DNA from: a virus
Taxonomy: Duplodnaviria; Caudoviricetes
Direction: 5' to 3' (one strand)
Virus record (IMG/VR): IMGVR_UViG_3300024246_000045
Span: 1 to 42,534 of that record
Length of the DNA: 42,534 bases
Shown here: positions 27,282-35,706 of the stretch, piece by piece
Layout: the number at the start of each line of letters is the position of its first letter
How positions within the stretch are numbered: the first letter of the stretch is position 1
Made by a program: the position numbers and the translations under genes
The notes under the pieces: generated by a model
Told to the model about the DNA's origin: nothing
Databases searched by the model: none
What the model saw: only the letters and a program-made list of their open reading frames with translations

Positions 27282-27464
27282 TTACGGCTTCGGGAATGAC
27301 GGATCGTCGGCCGGCTTCGGCATGAGCCCGATTGCCCGGATGATGTGAACTATCCGATCGAGCCAGGACGGATCGTTCACGTCTCGCCGCGGCGCGGCAT
27401 ATACCGGGAAACTGCTGATGAGAATGACGACTAACAGAACCGCAGGCACCAAACGTCGAAACAT
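27282..27464 (-). CDS. Small secreted propeptide (candidate signalling peptide precursor)
   Basis: AAGGAGG SD; Sec signal MFRR-h-region-PVYA; amphipathic pro-helix; C-terminal LMPKP..SFPKP repeats. Confidence 0.8.
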   Translation of the reverse strand: MFRRLVPAVLLVVILISSFPVYAAPRRDVNDPSWLDRIVHIIRAIGLMPKPADDPSFPKP

Positions 27465-27514
27465 TGTTCCTCCTTGCGGTCGGCACTATGCCGATCGACA
27501 GGAGGAAGGCTACG

Positions 27515-28693
27515 TCAGTTTGCTGGAGTGGTGGCATCATGGGTCAATTGCGAATCAACACACCCAGAGACCTCACGAACGAACTCCGGCGTCGCAAGGC
27601 CCTGCCGAGCCAAGTCAACCAAGAGCCCGAGAGCCGTCGCCGCCACGGTGTCCATTCCGACCGCGAGCGCGCGCTCGAACACGTCGCGACAAATGCCGGC
27701 GACATCAACTGACGGATCGTGATCGAGCAACTCCTCGACAAGCGCTAGCCGCGTGAGCACCGCCTCACCAACCATTCCGAGGTCGTCGAAGGTTTCCCAA
27801 GCTGCACGCATCTCAGATTCCGCGTCAACTCCACGTTCTCGAATCGCCAGACGACCCAGAGACCGGAGCATCCTCGCGCGCGGAACGATCAGTCCTAGAG
27901 ACTCATACATCTCTGCAGCCACACCAAAGTATCCTCGCGCAGCAATCGCTTCACCCATCCTTGCGCAGCAATGAGCCATGTTTCCGATTTCACACGCGGT
28001 TGCCTCTTCGTCGTTCGCCGCGATCGCGTCGGCCAGAGACGCGTTGTACAGATCGAGCGCTTCGTCGAAACGCGCAAGGGAGTAAAGGACCGAGGCTTCG
28101 AGTGTCCGCGTTGCTTTTGCCCGCTGAGCCTCGCCGCAGTTTTCAAACTTGGATCGGGCCGCAGCTAGCAACCTCAGAGCGTCGTAGGGCCGCCTGCTCT
28201 CGCACGCCACCGCTGCCATTGCATGCTCAACGATGGCTGTCTGAAGCTCAGTTGCTTCGGTAGCCTTTGCTGCTTGCATGGCCAGATCGAGAACGGCGTT
28301 AGCCTCGTCGAAGTGGCCCAACAATCGGAGCGCGTTGCCCTTCTCCTTCAGCGCTCTACACGTGAGCGCCGGGATCGGGTTAGCCACGCCAGCGCTCACC
28401 GTCGCCGCAGCCTCTACCACGGCTAGCGAAAACTGGGGCTTCCATCGGTAGGAATTCACGTCGTAAGCGTCGAGCAGAGCCATCGCGACGGCCGCACGGT
28501 GGTAACAGGGATTTTCAACCGCCTTCGTGATTTCTTGCGGCGGCATCGCGAGGAGACGATCAGTTACGAGTCGGGCAAATGCGCTCTCACTTGCAGCATA
28601 GCTTGCGATCGTTGGCGCATCGCCGGCCGCGAGCTCGCGCCGCGACTCGAGGACTGCGGCGATTACTACATCAATCGTCTGTCTCGTTAGCAT
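27515..28693 (-). CDS. Tetratricopeptide-repeat-like protein (candidate RRNPP-like peptide receptor)
   Basis: Repeated helical motifs KGNALRLLGHFDEA, ASVLYSLARFDEALDLY, GNMAHCCARMGE..AA..YF..A and ARMLRSLGRL; alternative start at 28792. Confidence 0.85.
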   Translation of the reverse strand: MLTRQTIDVVIAAVLESRRELAAGDAPTIASYAASESAFARLVTDRLLAMPPQEITKAVENPCYHRAAVAMALLDAYDVNSYRWKPQFSLAVVEAAATVSAGVANPIPALTCRALKEKGNALRLLGHFDEANAVLDLAMQAAKATEATELQTAIVEHAMAAVACESRRPYDALRLLAAARSKFENCGEAQRAKATRTLEASVLYSLARFDEALDLYNASLADAIAANDEEATACEIGNMAHCCARMGEAIAARGYFGVAAEMYESLGLIVPRARMLRSLGRLAIRERGVDAESEMRAAWETFDDLGMVGEAVLTRLALVEELLDHDPSVDVAGICRDVFERALAVGMDTVAATALGLLVDLARQGLATPEFVREVSGCVDSQLTHDATTPAN

Positions 28694-29093
28694 GTGTTGT
28701 CGAATCGCCAGGTCCAGGTGATAGGTCTGCTGCGATGCCACCCATCGCTCTAACGCCGAGAGCGAACGCGTGAAGCGCGGTCTTCTGTTCATTGGCTGGA
28801 AGCGTCTCCAGAGTCGCGAGGAACTCCCGAACCATCACCGAGGGCGGTTCACCAGAAGCCTCGACGGCGCGGAGAACTATGCCGTTCGCCCGTCCCTGCT
28901 CGGCCTCTTCGAGAGCAGCGGCAATCCGAGCGAAGTTGTGGCCACCGCCTCTTTTTTCGGTTCGTTTGACCGTGCTCTCGGCGACCCCTGCAAGAACTGC
29001 AACTTCCCTCTGCGAAAGACCGAGCCTCTCCCGAAGCACGCGGATTCCCGAATCGGCGGTCGCGCGCGGGGCTGTCATGTGAGGTGTCAGCAT
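28671..29093 (-). CDS. XRE-family HTH repressor (CI-like immunity repressor)
   Basis: IRVLRERLGLSQREVAVLAGVAESTVKRTE; divergent from the Cro-like/early operon. Confidence 0.85.
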   Translation of the reverse strand: MLTPHMTAPRATADSGIRVLRERLGLSQREVAVLAGVAESTVKRTEKRGGGHNFARIAAALEEAEQGRANGIVLRAVEASGEPPSVMVREFLATLETLPANEQKTALHAFALGVRAMGGIAADLSPGPGDSTTHANETDD

Positions 29094-29114
29094 ATATCAG
29101 CTTACAGCCCCGCG

Positions 29115-29143
29115 AATATAGGTCGCACATCACGCCGGCGCAA
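29115..29143 (-). promoter_or_regulatory. Leftward sigma70-type promoter (repressor operon)
   Basis: TTGCGC-N17-TATATT on the minus strand. Confidence 0.6.
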
Positions 29144-29167
29144 GGGGCAAGTGCCCTTACATGCACC

Positions 29168-29196
29168 TTGACACGCGGTCACTGTCGCCTTACATT
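29168..29196 (+). promoter_or_regulatory. Rightward early sigma70-type promoter
   Basis: TTGACA-N17-TACATT, with the ATG 7 nt downstream of the -10 box. Confidence 0.8.
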
Positions 29197-29203
29197 AGCT
29201 GAC

Positions 29204-29500
29204 ATGCTACGTTTGCTAGGAGCACTTGATCCTAAATGCTACCCGCTCGCATGCGCCCTCAGGTCACTTCGGCTGAAAACGAAGCTGAGCGTGCGGCAGG
29301 CTGCTGCCAAAGCCAGGATCTCGGCGGCATACCTTTCTGATCTGGAGCGAGCGAAGCGCCCCGGTGCCAGCACTCACGTTCTTGATTCTCTCTCGAGAGT
29401 GTTCTCCGTGGACAGGGGCGTGCTGCGGAGGCTGGACAAGCAACAACGGCTAGCGCTGGCTTGGTCGGCAGTTTCGGAGCTTGAGCGGGAGCTCGCATGA
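29204..29500 (+). CDS. Cro/Ner-equivalent XRE HTH regulator
   Basis: LRSLRLKTKLSVRQAAAKARISAAYLSDLERAKR. Confidence 0.85.
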   Translation: MLRLLGALDPKCYPLACALRSLRLKTKLSVRQAAAKARISAAYLSDLERAKRPGASTHVLDSLSRVFSVDRGVLRRLDKQQRLALAWSAVSELERELA

Positions 29501-29943
29501 AAACCTTCCGCTACCTCACCGGTTCGAAGTTCTGCCAGGTGACGGAGGAAGTGGTCGCCGCGTCGATCGAGATGCTGCCGTCCGACTCACCTCTGCGGGC
29601 GAACGGCGCCAAGGTCCTCGCGTTAGCGATCGGCGAGACGGTCACCTTCGAGAGCGGCGTGGAGTGGACGCGCATCGAAGACGACGCGCCGACGATATCC
29701 GCGATTTTCTGCCACCGTGGAAGATCACGCAAGTGCGGGTTCTGCCACCGCATGGTCAGCTCCGGCGACGGGTTGCTGTGCGATGGCCCGTCGAAAACGA
29801 AGAAGGGCAAGAAGGCGACCTGCGACGCGTTCATGTGCCGCGCCTGCGCCAAACACGTCGGCCCTGATCGCGATCTCTGCCCGACCTGCAGATGCCTTCC
29901 TGATCAGGTGACCCTGCCGGCCTATCCAAGGAGGCAAGCATGA
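29497..29943 (+). CDS. Hypothetical protein with a Cys-rich zinc-finger C-terminus
   Basis: CGFC..LLCD..TCD..MCRAC..DLCPTC; ATGA coupling. Confidence 0.7.
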   Translation: MKTFRYLTGSKFCQVTEEVVAASIEMLPSDSPLRANGAKVLALAIGETVTFESGVEWTRIEDDAPTISAIFCHRGRSRKCGFCHRMVSSGDGLLCDGPSKTKKGKKATCDAFMCRACAKHVGPDRDLCPTCRCLPDQVTLPAYPRRQA

Positions 29944-30062
29944 GCGCGTTCACGCCTCTCGAAACGTTCCTGACCGCCCTCGTTTTCTTTTTCCTTGGCA
30001 TCTTCGTCGGCTTCGCGATGTGCGTGATCGCGAACGTTCACGAAGCCCGGAGGAAGCCATGA
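29940..30062 (+). CDS. 40-aa single-TM protein
   Basis: GGAGG SD and ATGA overlaps at both ends; MSAFTPLETFLTALVFFFLGIFVGFAMCVIANVHEARRKP; not in the ORF track. Confidence 0.6.
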   Translation: MSAFTPLETFLTALVFFFLGIFVGFAMCVIANVHEARRKP

Positions 30063-30409
30063 AGCGTCGCAACAATCAGCCCGCGGACCTCCTTCATGAG
30101 CCTCAGAAGTACGCCCCGGACAGCAGCCGTCCGTGTCTCGCTTGCGGCCACGCCGTTCCTCACAACAGCAGCGACGGCGACGGCCCTGGCGGCGGTTGCT
30201 CGAGCGTGACGTTCACCAAGGAGTGCTGCGAAAACCCGCACACACGCTACAGCGCGAAGTGCGCGAAGCGTGGCGCAATCGACAGTTGCTGGATTTCGCA
30301 GACGCCCTGCGAATGCACCGAAGACGACCGCGTGATGGCCGACCTGTACGCGCACGTCGCAACCCTCAATAGCGCGATCGCGAAGGCGGCGTTGGTGTTC
30401 ATCCTATGA
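30059..30409 (+). CDS. Cys-rich hypothetical protein
   Basis: CLACGH..H and further Cys residues; GGAGG SD; ATGA coupling to the transposase. Confidence 0.6.
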   Translation: MKRRNNQPADLLHEPQKYAPDSSRPCLACGHAVPHNSSDGDGPGGGCSSVTFTKECCENPHTRYSAKCAKRGAIDSCWISQTPCECTEDDRVMADLYAHVATLNSAIAKAALVFIL

Positions 30410-32631
30410 CCGGACTCGCCAAAGTGATCTGGCTTCCGACCTCCGTCGTTGCCGAGCTGCAGCGTCCCCGCCCGACGAGCGACCGCGCGATCCGGATGCG
30501 CGTCGAGCGCGGCGTGTACGGCCAGGAGGGGAAGGGCTGGCGCCGCGGCGCGATCGGCCGTAATTCGAACGGCATCGAGATCGCGCTCACGGCGCTATCC
30601 GCCGAAGAGCAGCTCGCCTTCTACGACTGCGACAGCGCCCCCGAGCATCAGGTTGCGGTGCAATCGGCCGGCCTCAAGGTTGTCGATGACGCGCTGGCGC
30701 GGCGCGCTCTGGCCTGGGCGAACGCCAACGACAACCAGCGGGCACGAGCGACGCGAAAGAAAGCCGCGGTAAAGGATCTGGAGCTGGCTCTTGCCGATCC
30801 TTCGCTCTCGCGGGGCAGTGTGACGGCGACGAAGGAGCGCATCGCCAAGGCTCACTGCACCTCGATCGACTCGCTGCAGCGCTGGTACGACGCCTACCTC
30901 GAGTACGGCATCGACGGCCTGGTCGACTTCAACGACGGCTCGGCGAGACGCGGGAAGACGGTGCTGCCGAAGGCGGTCCGCACGTTCTTCCGCGAGACCT
31001 GGAAGAGCGCCCCGTCGACCTCGGCCGCGATCACGGACGCGCGCCTCTACGCGTTTGACGCCGACATCAACCTGGCCGGGGTGGCCGACGACGCCTTCTA
31101 CCGCTACGCCGAGACGTTCCCTGAGCTCGAGCGCCGCGCGAACGGCGACGAACAAGACGAGCCCACGTGGATGCCCTCGACGCGGCGCGACTACACGGGT
31201 CTGGCCGCGATGAAGATCGTGCAGTCGGATCACCACATCTCCGACGTCTTCGTTCACTGCGGCGATCCGGAGTGCCGCAAGGGTCATCGGGTATGGATCA
31301 CGGTCTTCATCGACGTGCGCTCGCGCATGGTGCTGTCGTGGACGGCATCGCTCGACTATCCGAACTCGCGGACGATCCTCAAGACCTTCCGCGCGTTGGT
31401 CGACGAGTTCGGGTTGCCGGAAGGCGTCTACATCGACAACGGCAAGGACTATCGGAAGGCGTTCGGGAAGGCCACGCGCCAGTGGGGCGCGCCGGCGATC
31501 AACGAAGGGCACTTCAACAACCTGCTCGCCGCGCTGAGTCTGAAGGCCATCTTCGCGACGCCTTACCGCGCGCAGTCGAAGACGATCGAGCGCCTGTTCG
31601 GAACGTGGGTGCGGCGGATCTGGTCGACGTCACCGGCCTACGTCGGCAAGCTCGGCAAGCGCAGCGACCGGGTGACGAAGATGTTCAAGAGCCCCGAGCT
31701 GCTGCCAACGATCGAGCGGTTCCACGAAGAGCTGGCCACCGAGATCTCGCTCTACAACACCGACCGCCGTCACCGCGGGCAGGGGATGGGTGGCCGCTCA
31801 CCGCAGGAAGTCTTCCACGCCACAAGGCCCGCCGAGCCGCGCATGCCGGAGTCCACCGGGTTCGCGCTCGTCTTCTGGCAGCACTACGTGCGCATGATCC
31901 GCGGCTGCGCGGTGACGATCGGGCCGGACCGGTACCGGATCGAAGCCGAGAGCGTCGGGTTCGACTTCGAGGGCAAGTACGTCCAGATCCTCGTCAACCC
32001 CGAGGACGTGCGGCGGGCTATCGTGCTCACTGGCTGCGTCCATTGCAGCGAGAAGGCCCGCCGCGAGCAGATCCTCGGCTGTGGGTGCGCCGGCAAAGGG
32101 AGCTACCTGTGCGAGGCGGTGTTGTGGGCGCCTTCGACGCACAGCTTCGACGACCCGATCACGGCGGAGAACAACCGCGAGATCAAGCGGCTCGAGAAGT
32201 TCTGGAAGGCGCGCGCGTATAGCGGAGATCCGCGTGCGAAACAGATCGTCGAGGCGTTCCGCGGGCGCCGGCATGAGATCCAGCGGCGCATTGCCGCGGT
32301 GCGTGAGAGCGAGCAGCAACCGATGGTCGCCACCGGGGGCGGGGCGACGCTGATCCTGCCGCACTCGCACGTCGTGCGCGAAGTCGAACGGACGCGCGCG
32401 CTACTCGCCAACCCGCTGGGACTCACATCCGCGGAGCGGCTGACGATCGCCACCGTGGAGCGGCCATCGATCGCGAAGCTCGAAGCGATGGTGCCCTCAC
32501 CGCGGCTCAGGCCGGCCGCGATGCTCATCGACGTCGAGGGGATCGACGCGGCGCTCGCGGAGCTGACTCAGGAGAACAAAGGATTCGGCGGCGATCACGC
32601 CGCCGATGTAACGAAAGGAGAAACCCCATGA
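30406..32631 (+). CDS. Mu-type DDE transposase (MuA)
   Basis: N-terminal DNA-binding and HTH region (SLQRWY..Y...GIDGLVD); catalytic QSDHH, YIDNGKDY and KTIERLF; YN...H.G..G.SP. Confidence 0.95.
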   Translation: MTGLAKVIWLPTSVVAELQRPRPTSDRAIRMRVERGVYGQEGKGWRRGAIGRNSNGIEIALTALSAEEQLAFYDCDSAPEHQVAVQSAGLKVVDDALARRALAWANANDNQRARATRKKAAVKDLELALADPSLSRGSVTATKERIAKAHCTSIDSLQRWYDAYLEYGIDGLVDFNDGSARRGKTVLPKAVRTFFRETWKSAPSTSAAITDARLYAFDADINLAGVADDAFYRYAETFPELERRANGDEQDEPTWMPSTRRDYTGLAAMKIVQSDHHISDVFVHCGDPECRKGHRVWITVFIDVRSRMVLSWTASLDYPNSRTILKTFRALVDEFGLPEGVYIDNGKDYRKAFGKATRQWGAPAINEGHFNNLLAALSLKAIFATPYRAQSKTIERLFGTWVRRIWSTSPAYVGKLGKRSDRVTKMFKSPELLPTIERFHEELATEISLYNTDRRHRGQGMGGRSPQEVFHATRPAEPRMPESTGFALVFWQHYVRMIRGCAVTIGPDRYRIEAESVGFDFEGKYVQILVNPEDVRRAIVLTGCVHCSEKARREQILGCGCAGKGSYLCEAVLWAPSTHSFDDPITAENNREIKRLEKFWKARAYSGDPRAKQIVEAFRGRRHEIQRRIAAVRESEQQPMVATGGGATLILPHSHVVREVERTRALLANPLGLTSAERLTIATVERPSIAKLEAMVPSPRLRPAAMLIDVEGIDAALAELTQENKGFGGDHAADVTKGETP

Positions 32632-33668
32632 CCGTTGTGCAGTTGTTAACCCAAAGAAGTAGCGGCTCGTCTGATCACGAGCCGCCCGCTTCAAAAACCT
32701 ACTCAGTTCACGCAGAACAGGTACGCCGTAGAGCCTTGAAGCATCACGAGGATAACCCGTCCAGCACCCAGACGGAAGTATCCAAGAAGATCAACAAGTC
32801 AGTTTCGACCTACTCCTACTTCCTGAGCGGGGCCTACACCGGCGACATCGAGAAGGTCGCCAACGCCGTCGAGCGCTACCTCAACCTCAACGATCAGCAG
32901 TACCTGGCCGGAGCGCAGCCGCTCTTCGTCGAGACCTCGATCGCCTCGAACATCGAGAAGGCCCTACTGGCCGGCCGGGTGACACGGAAGATCGTGGTCA
33001 TCTCCACCGACAGCGGCGTCGGCGCTTCGATGACGCTCGAGCGGTACGCCAAGACGCACGAGGGGGCGACGCACCTCTTCTCATGCACGCCGGCGATGAA
33101 CACGAAGTGGGGGCTGCTCGGCGCGGTGCTGCGCACGCTCATCACCCGCGACTCGAGCCGGCGTGTGAGCCCGCAGAGCGCTTTCGACGAGCTGGTCTCG
33201 GCGCTCAAAGGGAGCGACCGGCTGCTCATCTTCGACGAGTCGCACTTCCTTACCCAGGACAACATCGACGTCCTGCGGTGCCTTCACGATCAGACCGGCT
33301 GCGCTCTGGCTCTGGTCGGCAACGATTCCACGCATCAGGGCCGCTTCCGCGACTTCTCAGGCGGGCGCGGCATGAAGTCGATCGCCTACACGCAGTTCAA
33401 GCGCCGGATCATCAAGGCGCTGCGCATCCGGGCCACCGACATCACCCCCGAGGATCTCGCGCTCGTGGTCGGCCAGCTCCTGCCGGCGAAGGTGCTTAAA
33501 GAGACGATCGCGCGTCTCGTGATCGAGGCAACGACAAACGGCGGGATCGGCCGCGTCGTGGCGATCGTGCAGCTCGCCCGGATGTACGCCGACGATCCAC
33601 AGACAACGTCAACCGCCAACGTCCTGGCCGCGCTCGAAGACGCGCAGCTCGAAGTAGGTGCCCAATGA
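32628..33668 (+). CDS. MuB-like AAA transposition protein
   Basis: N-terminal HTH (TQTEVSKKI..S.ST.S..L.G.Y.GD), FVETS, Walker B LLIFDESH, LR.LHD, LVGN; Walker A is degenerate. Confidence 0.9.
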   Translation: MTVVQLLTQRSSGSSDHEPPASKTYSVHAEQVRRRALKHHEDNPSSTQTEVSKKINKSVSTYSYFLSGAYTGDIEKVANAVERYLNLNDQQYLAGAQPLFVETSIASNIEKALLAGRVTRKIVVISTDSGVGASMTLERYAKTHEGATHLFSCTPAMNTKWGLLGAVLRTLITRDSSRRVSPQSAFDELVSALKGSDRLLIFDESHFLTQDNIDVLRCLHDQTGCALALVGNDSTHQGRFRDFSGGRGMKSIAYTQFKRRIIKALRIRATDITPEDLALVVGQLLPAKVLKETIARLVIEATTNGGIGRVVAIVQLARMYADDPQTTSTANVLAALEDAQLEVGAQ

Positions 33669-34009
33669 TCCCGCGCCCAGGAGTGCGACTGCTGTTCGCC
33701 ACGGTGGAAGACTTCGCCGGCGCGCTCACTGAGGCGATGACTCTCGCGTCTCAGCCATCTAAGTCTCAGACGCTCCATTACCTAGTTCGTGAGGCCACCG
33801 GCATCAATAAGGAGTTGTCGCGCCTGAACGACAACCTCGAGTCGCTCATGGTCTTCGGCCTCAACGTCCGCTCGCACGACGTCAAGTGCGTCTCGCCGAG
33901 CGAATTTCACGATGCTATCGACAACGATGAGGACCGGACGGCCTGCGAGCTGTTTCTGCGCGAGGCCATCACGTCCGGCGCGTTGAAGTTGAAGGGCGGT
34001 GCCAAATGA
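33665..34009 (+). CDS. Hypothetical early protein
   Basis: ATGA-coupled ORF in the early operon. Confidence 0.6.
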   Translation: MIPRPGVRLLFATVEDFAGALTEAMTLASQPSKSQTLHYLVREATGINKELSRLNDNLESLMVFGLNVRSHDVKCVSPSEFHDAIDNDEDRTACELFLREAITSGALKLKGGAK

Positions 34010-34209
34010 TGCGCCCGCTCCGTGACGCCGTCGAATCCGCACGCCGCGCGCTTGCCGCATATATCGACGACATGAGGGCGCATCTCCGGGAATGCTCCAC
34101 GTGCGCTCCTGACCAGTACTTCTTCTGCAGCGCCGCGCTTGAGATCATCAAGGAGATCGGCCTGGAGAAGGCTTTCATCGACTCCTCCAAAGAGGAGTTC
34201 CCGTCATGA
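34006..34209 (+). CDS. Hypothetical protein (HxxxCxxC..C)
   Basis: ATGA-coupled ORF. Confidence 0.55.
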   Translation: MMRPLRDAVESARRALAAYIDDMRAHLRECSTCAPDQYFFCSAALEIIKEIGLEKAFIDSSKEEFPS

Positions 34210-34454
34210 AACGCACTCCCACTGTCGTCCTTAATCCACTCCAGATCCAGTCGATCGAGATCTCGTTCGATCCAACGGACCACCTTCCGAACGAGATGGT
34301 CGCCACCGATTCTCGCGGCCGGCAATTCCCAACCGGCAATATCGAGCACCACGACGTGAAGACAACGCCGTTCGGCGAGATGAACGCGATGACCGGTCAC
34401 TTCGGCGAGAAGCTGAAGGTGGTCGTCCTGATGGCAAAGGAGGTCAGCTCATGA
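34206..34454 (+). CDS. Hypothetical early protein
   Basis: GAGGAG SD; ATGA coupling. Confidence 0.55.
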   Translation: MKRTPTVVLNPLQIQSIEISFDPTDHLPNEMVATDSRGRQFPTGNIEHHDVKTTPFGEMNAMTGHFGEKLKVVVLMAKEVSS

Positions 34455-34933
34455 GCTCCTCCACGCCAACCAACACGGCTGTATCTCTGCCGCCTCACTT
34501 CCCGGATCTTCCACCTCCACTGTCCCGGCACATCGAGCCCGATCCGCTCCTGGCGAACGACCCGGTTCTGATGCTCCGCGAATCGCGACGCCGCAAGCAC
34601 CTGACTCAGAAGATGGTGGCCGCTCTCTGCGGGGTCGGTGAGAAGACGATCTCCTCGTTCGAAACCGGCGAACGCATCGAGAGAATGAAGGTCAGTCAGC
34701 TCCGCAAGCTGCTCCGGGTCTATGGCCTCACGCTGGCGCAGTTCTTCACCGGCGACATCAACGCGATCGACACGGCGCCGCCGCCCCACCGCCGGGCCGA
34801 GCACTGCGGTCCTCTCTTCTACGCGCAGTTCATCTCCTGCGTGCTCCTTGACGCCGAGCGCGATGGCGTATCGCTTGGTGAAGTCATCGACGCCGTCCGC
34901 TCCCTGCGAGCAAAGAAGGAGGGCCACCGATGA
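34451..34933 (+). CDS. XRE-family HTH protein
   Basis: LRESRRRKHLTQKMVAALCGVGEKTISSFETG. Confidence 0.82.
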   Translation: MSSSTPTNTAVSLPPHFPDLPPPLSRHIEPDPLLANDPVLMLRESRRRKHLTQKMVAALCGVGEKTISSFETGERIERMKVSQLRKLLRVYGLTLAQFFTGDINAIDTAPPPHRRAEHCGPLFYAQFISCVLLDAERDGVSLGEVIDAVRSLRAKKEGHR

Positions 34934-35706
34934 ACTTCGCCCGCGCCCTCTCGGCTGTAGGTCTGGCCCCGGCCTCGGAGCTTGCCACCGTCACTCAGCA
35001 ACTCGCTGCCTCCACAAAGAGCCTCAGCGAGATGACCGCTGCCCGCGACGAGCTGGCCCGGCGCCTGGCTGACGCCCGCGACGAGGTCACATCCAGCAAC
35101 ACACACAACGGGGTTCTGCACGGGCAGCTCGAGCTGGCGGTAGCTCAACACCGCCAGCTCAGTGAGTCGTTTGATGCGCTCGTCATCGAGAGCCGTCGCA
35201 AAGACGACCGCATTGCTGAACAGGCCGAGATCATCAGCATGCAGAACGGCGATCTTGAGGAGGCAAACGCTCTGATCGCCGAGCTGCAGCGCCCTCCACA
35301 ACTCAAACTCCTTACGCTTCCCGAGCGGAAGACGCCCGCCGTGCCGGCCGGCGTCGACGAGCTGCTCGACAAGCCCACCGAGGTCGTCCTCGTCTGCCGT
35401 CTCATCGCCATCGTCTTCGAGGGCGACCGGAAGCACTGGACGCTCCGTCGTGACGACGTGCAGTTCACGGTACCGGTGCATGACAAGGCGTTCCTCGAGC
35501 GCGTCCACACCGGCCAGCAGCAGTTCGCCGCCGACTACCTGATTCGCGGGCGATTCAGCGAGGTAACGCTGCTGCGCGCCAGCGACGGCGAGCCCATCAC
35601 CAAGCGGAGTCTCGAGGAAGTCCTCGAGGTCATCACACCCGCCGTTCAAACAACCTTCAACGCTGCCTCGCCGGCGACGGCTGAGGCTCATGGAGCCACA
35701 TCATGA
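34930..35706 (+). CDS. Coiled-coil protein with a conserved-looking beta C-terminal domain
   Basis: N-terminal heptads; KHWTL..F.V.V.D..FL..V..G...F motif. Confidence 0.7.
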   Translation: MNFARALSAVGLAPASELATVTQQLAASTKSLSEMTAARDELARRLADARDEVTSSNTHNGVLHGQLELAVAQHRQLSESFDALVIESRRKDDRIAEQAEIISMQNGDLEEANALIAELQRPPQLKLLTLPERKTPAVPAGVDELLDKPTEVVLVCRLIAIVFEGDRKHWTLRRDDVQFTVPVHDKAFLERVHTGQQQFAADYLIRGRFSEVTLLRASDGEPITKRSLEEVLEVITPAVQTTFNAASPATAEAHGATS

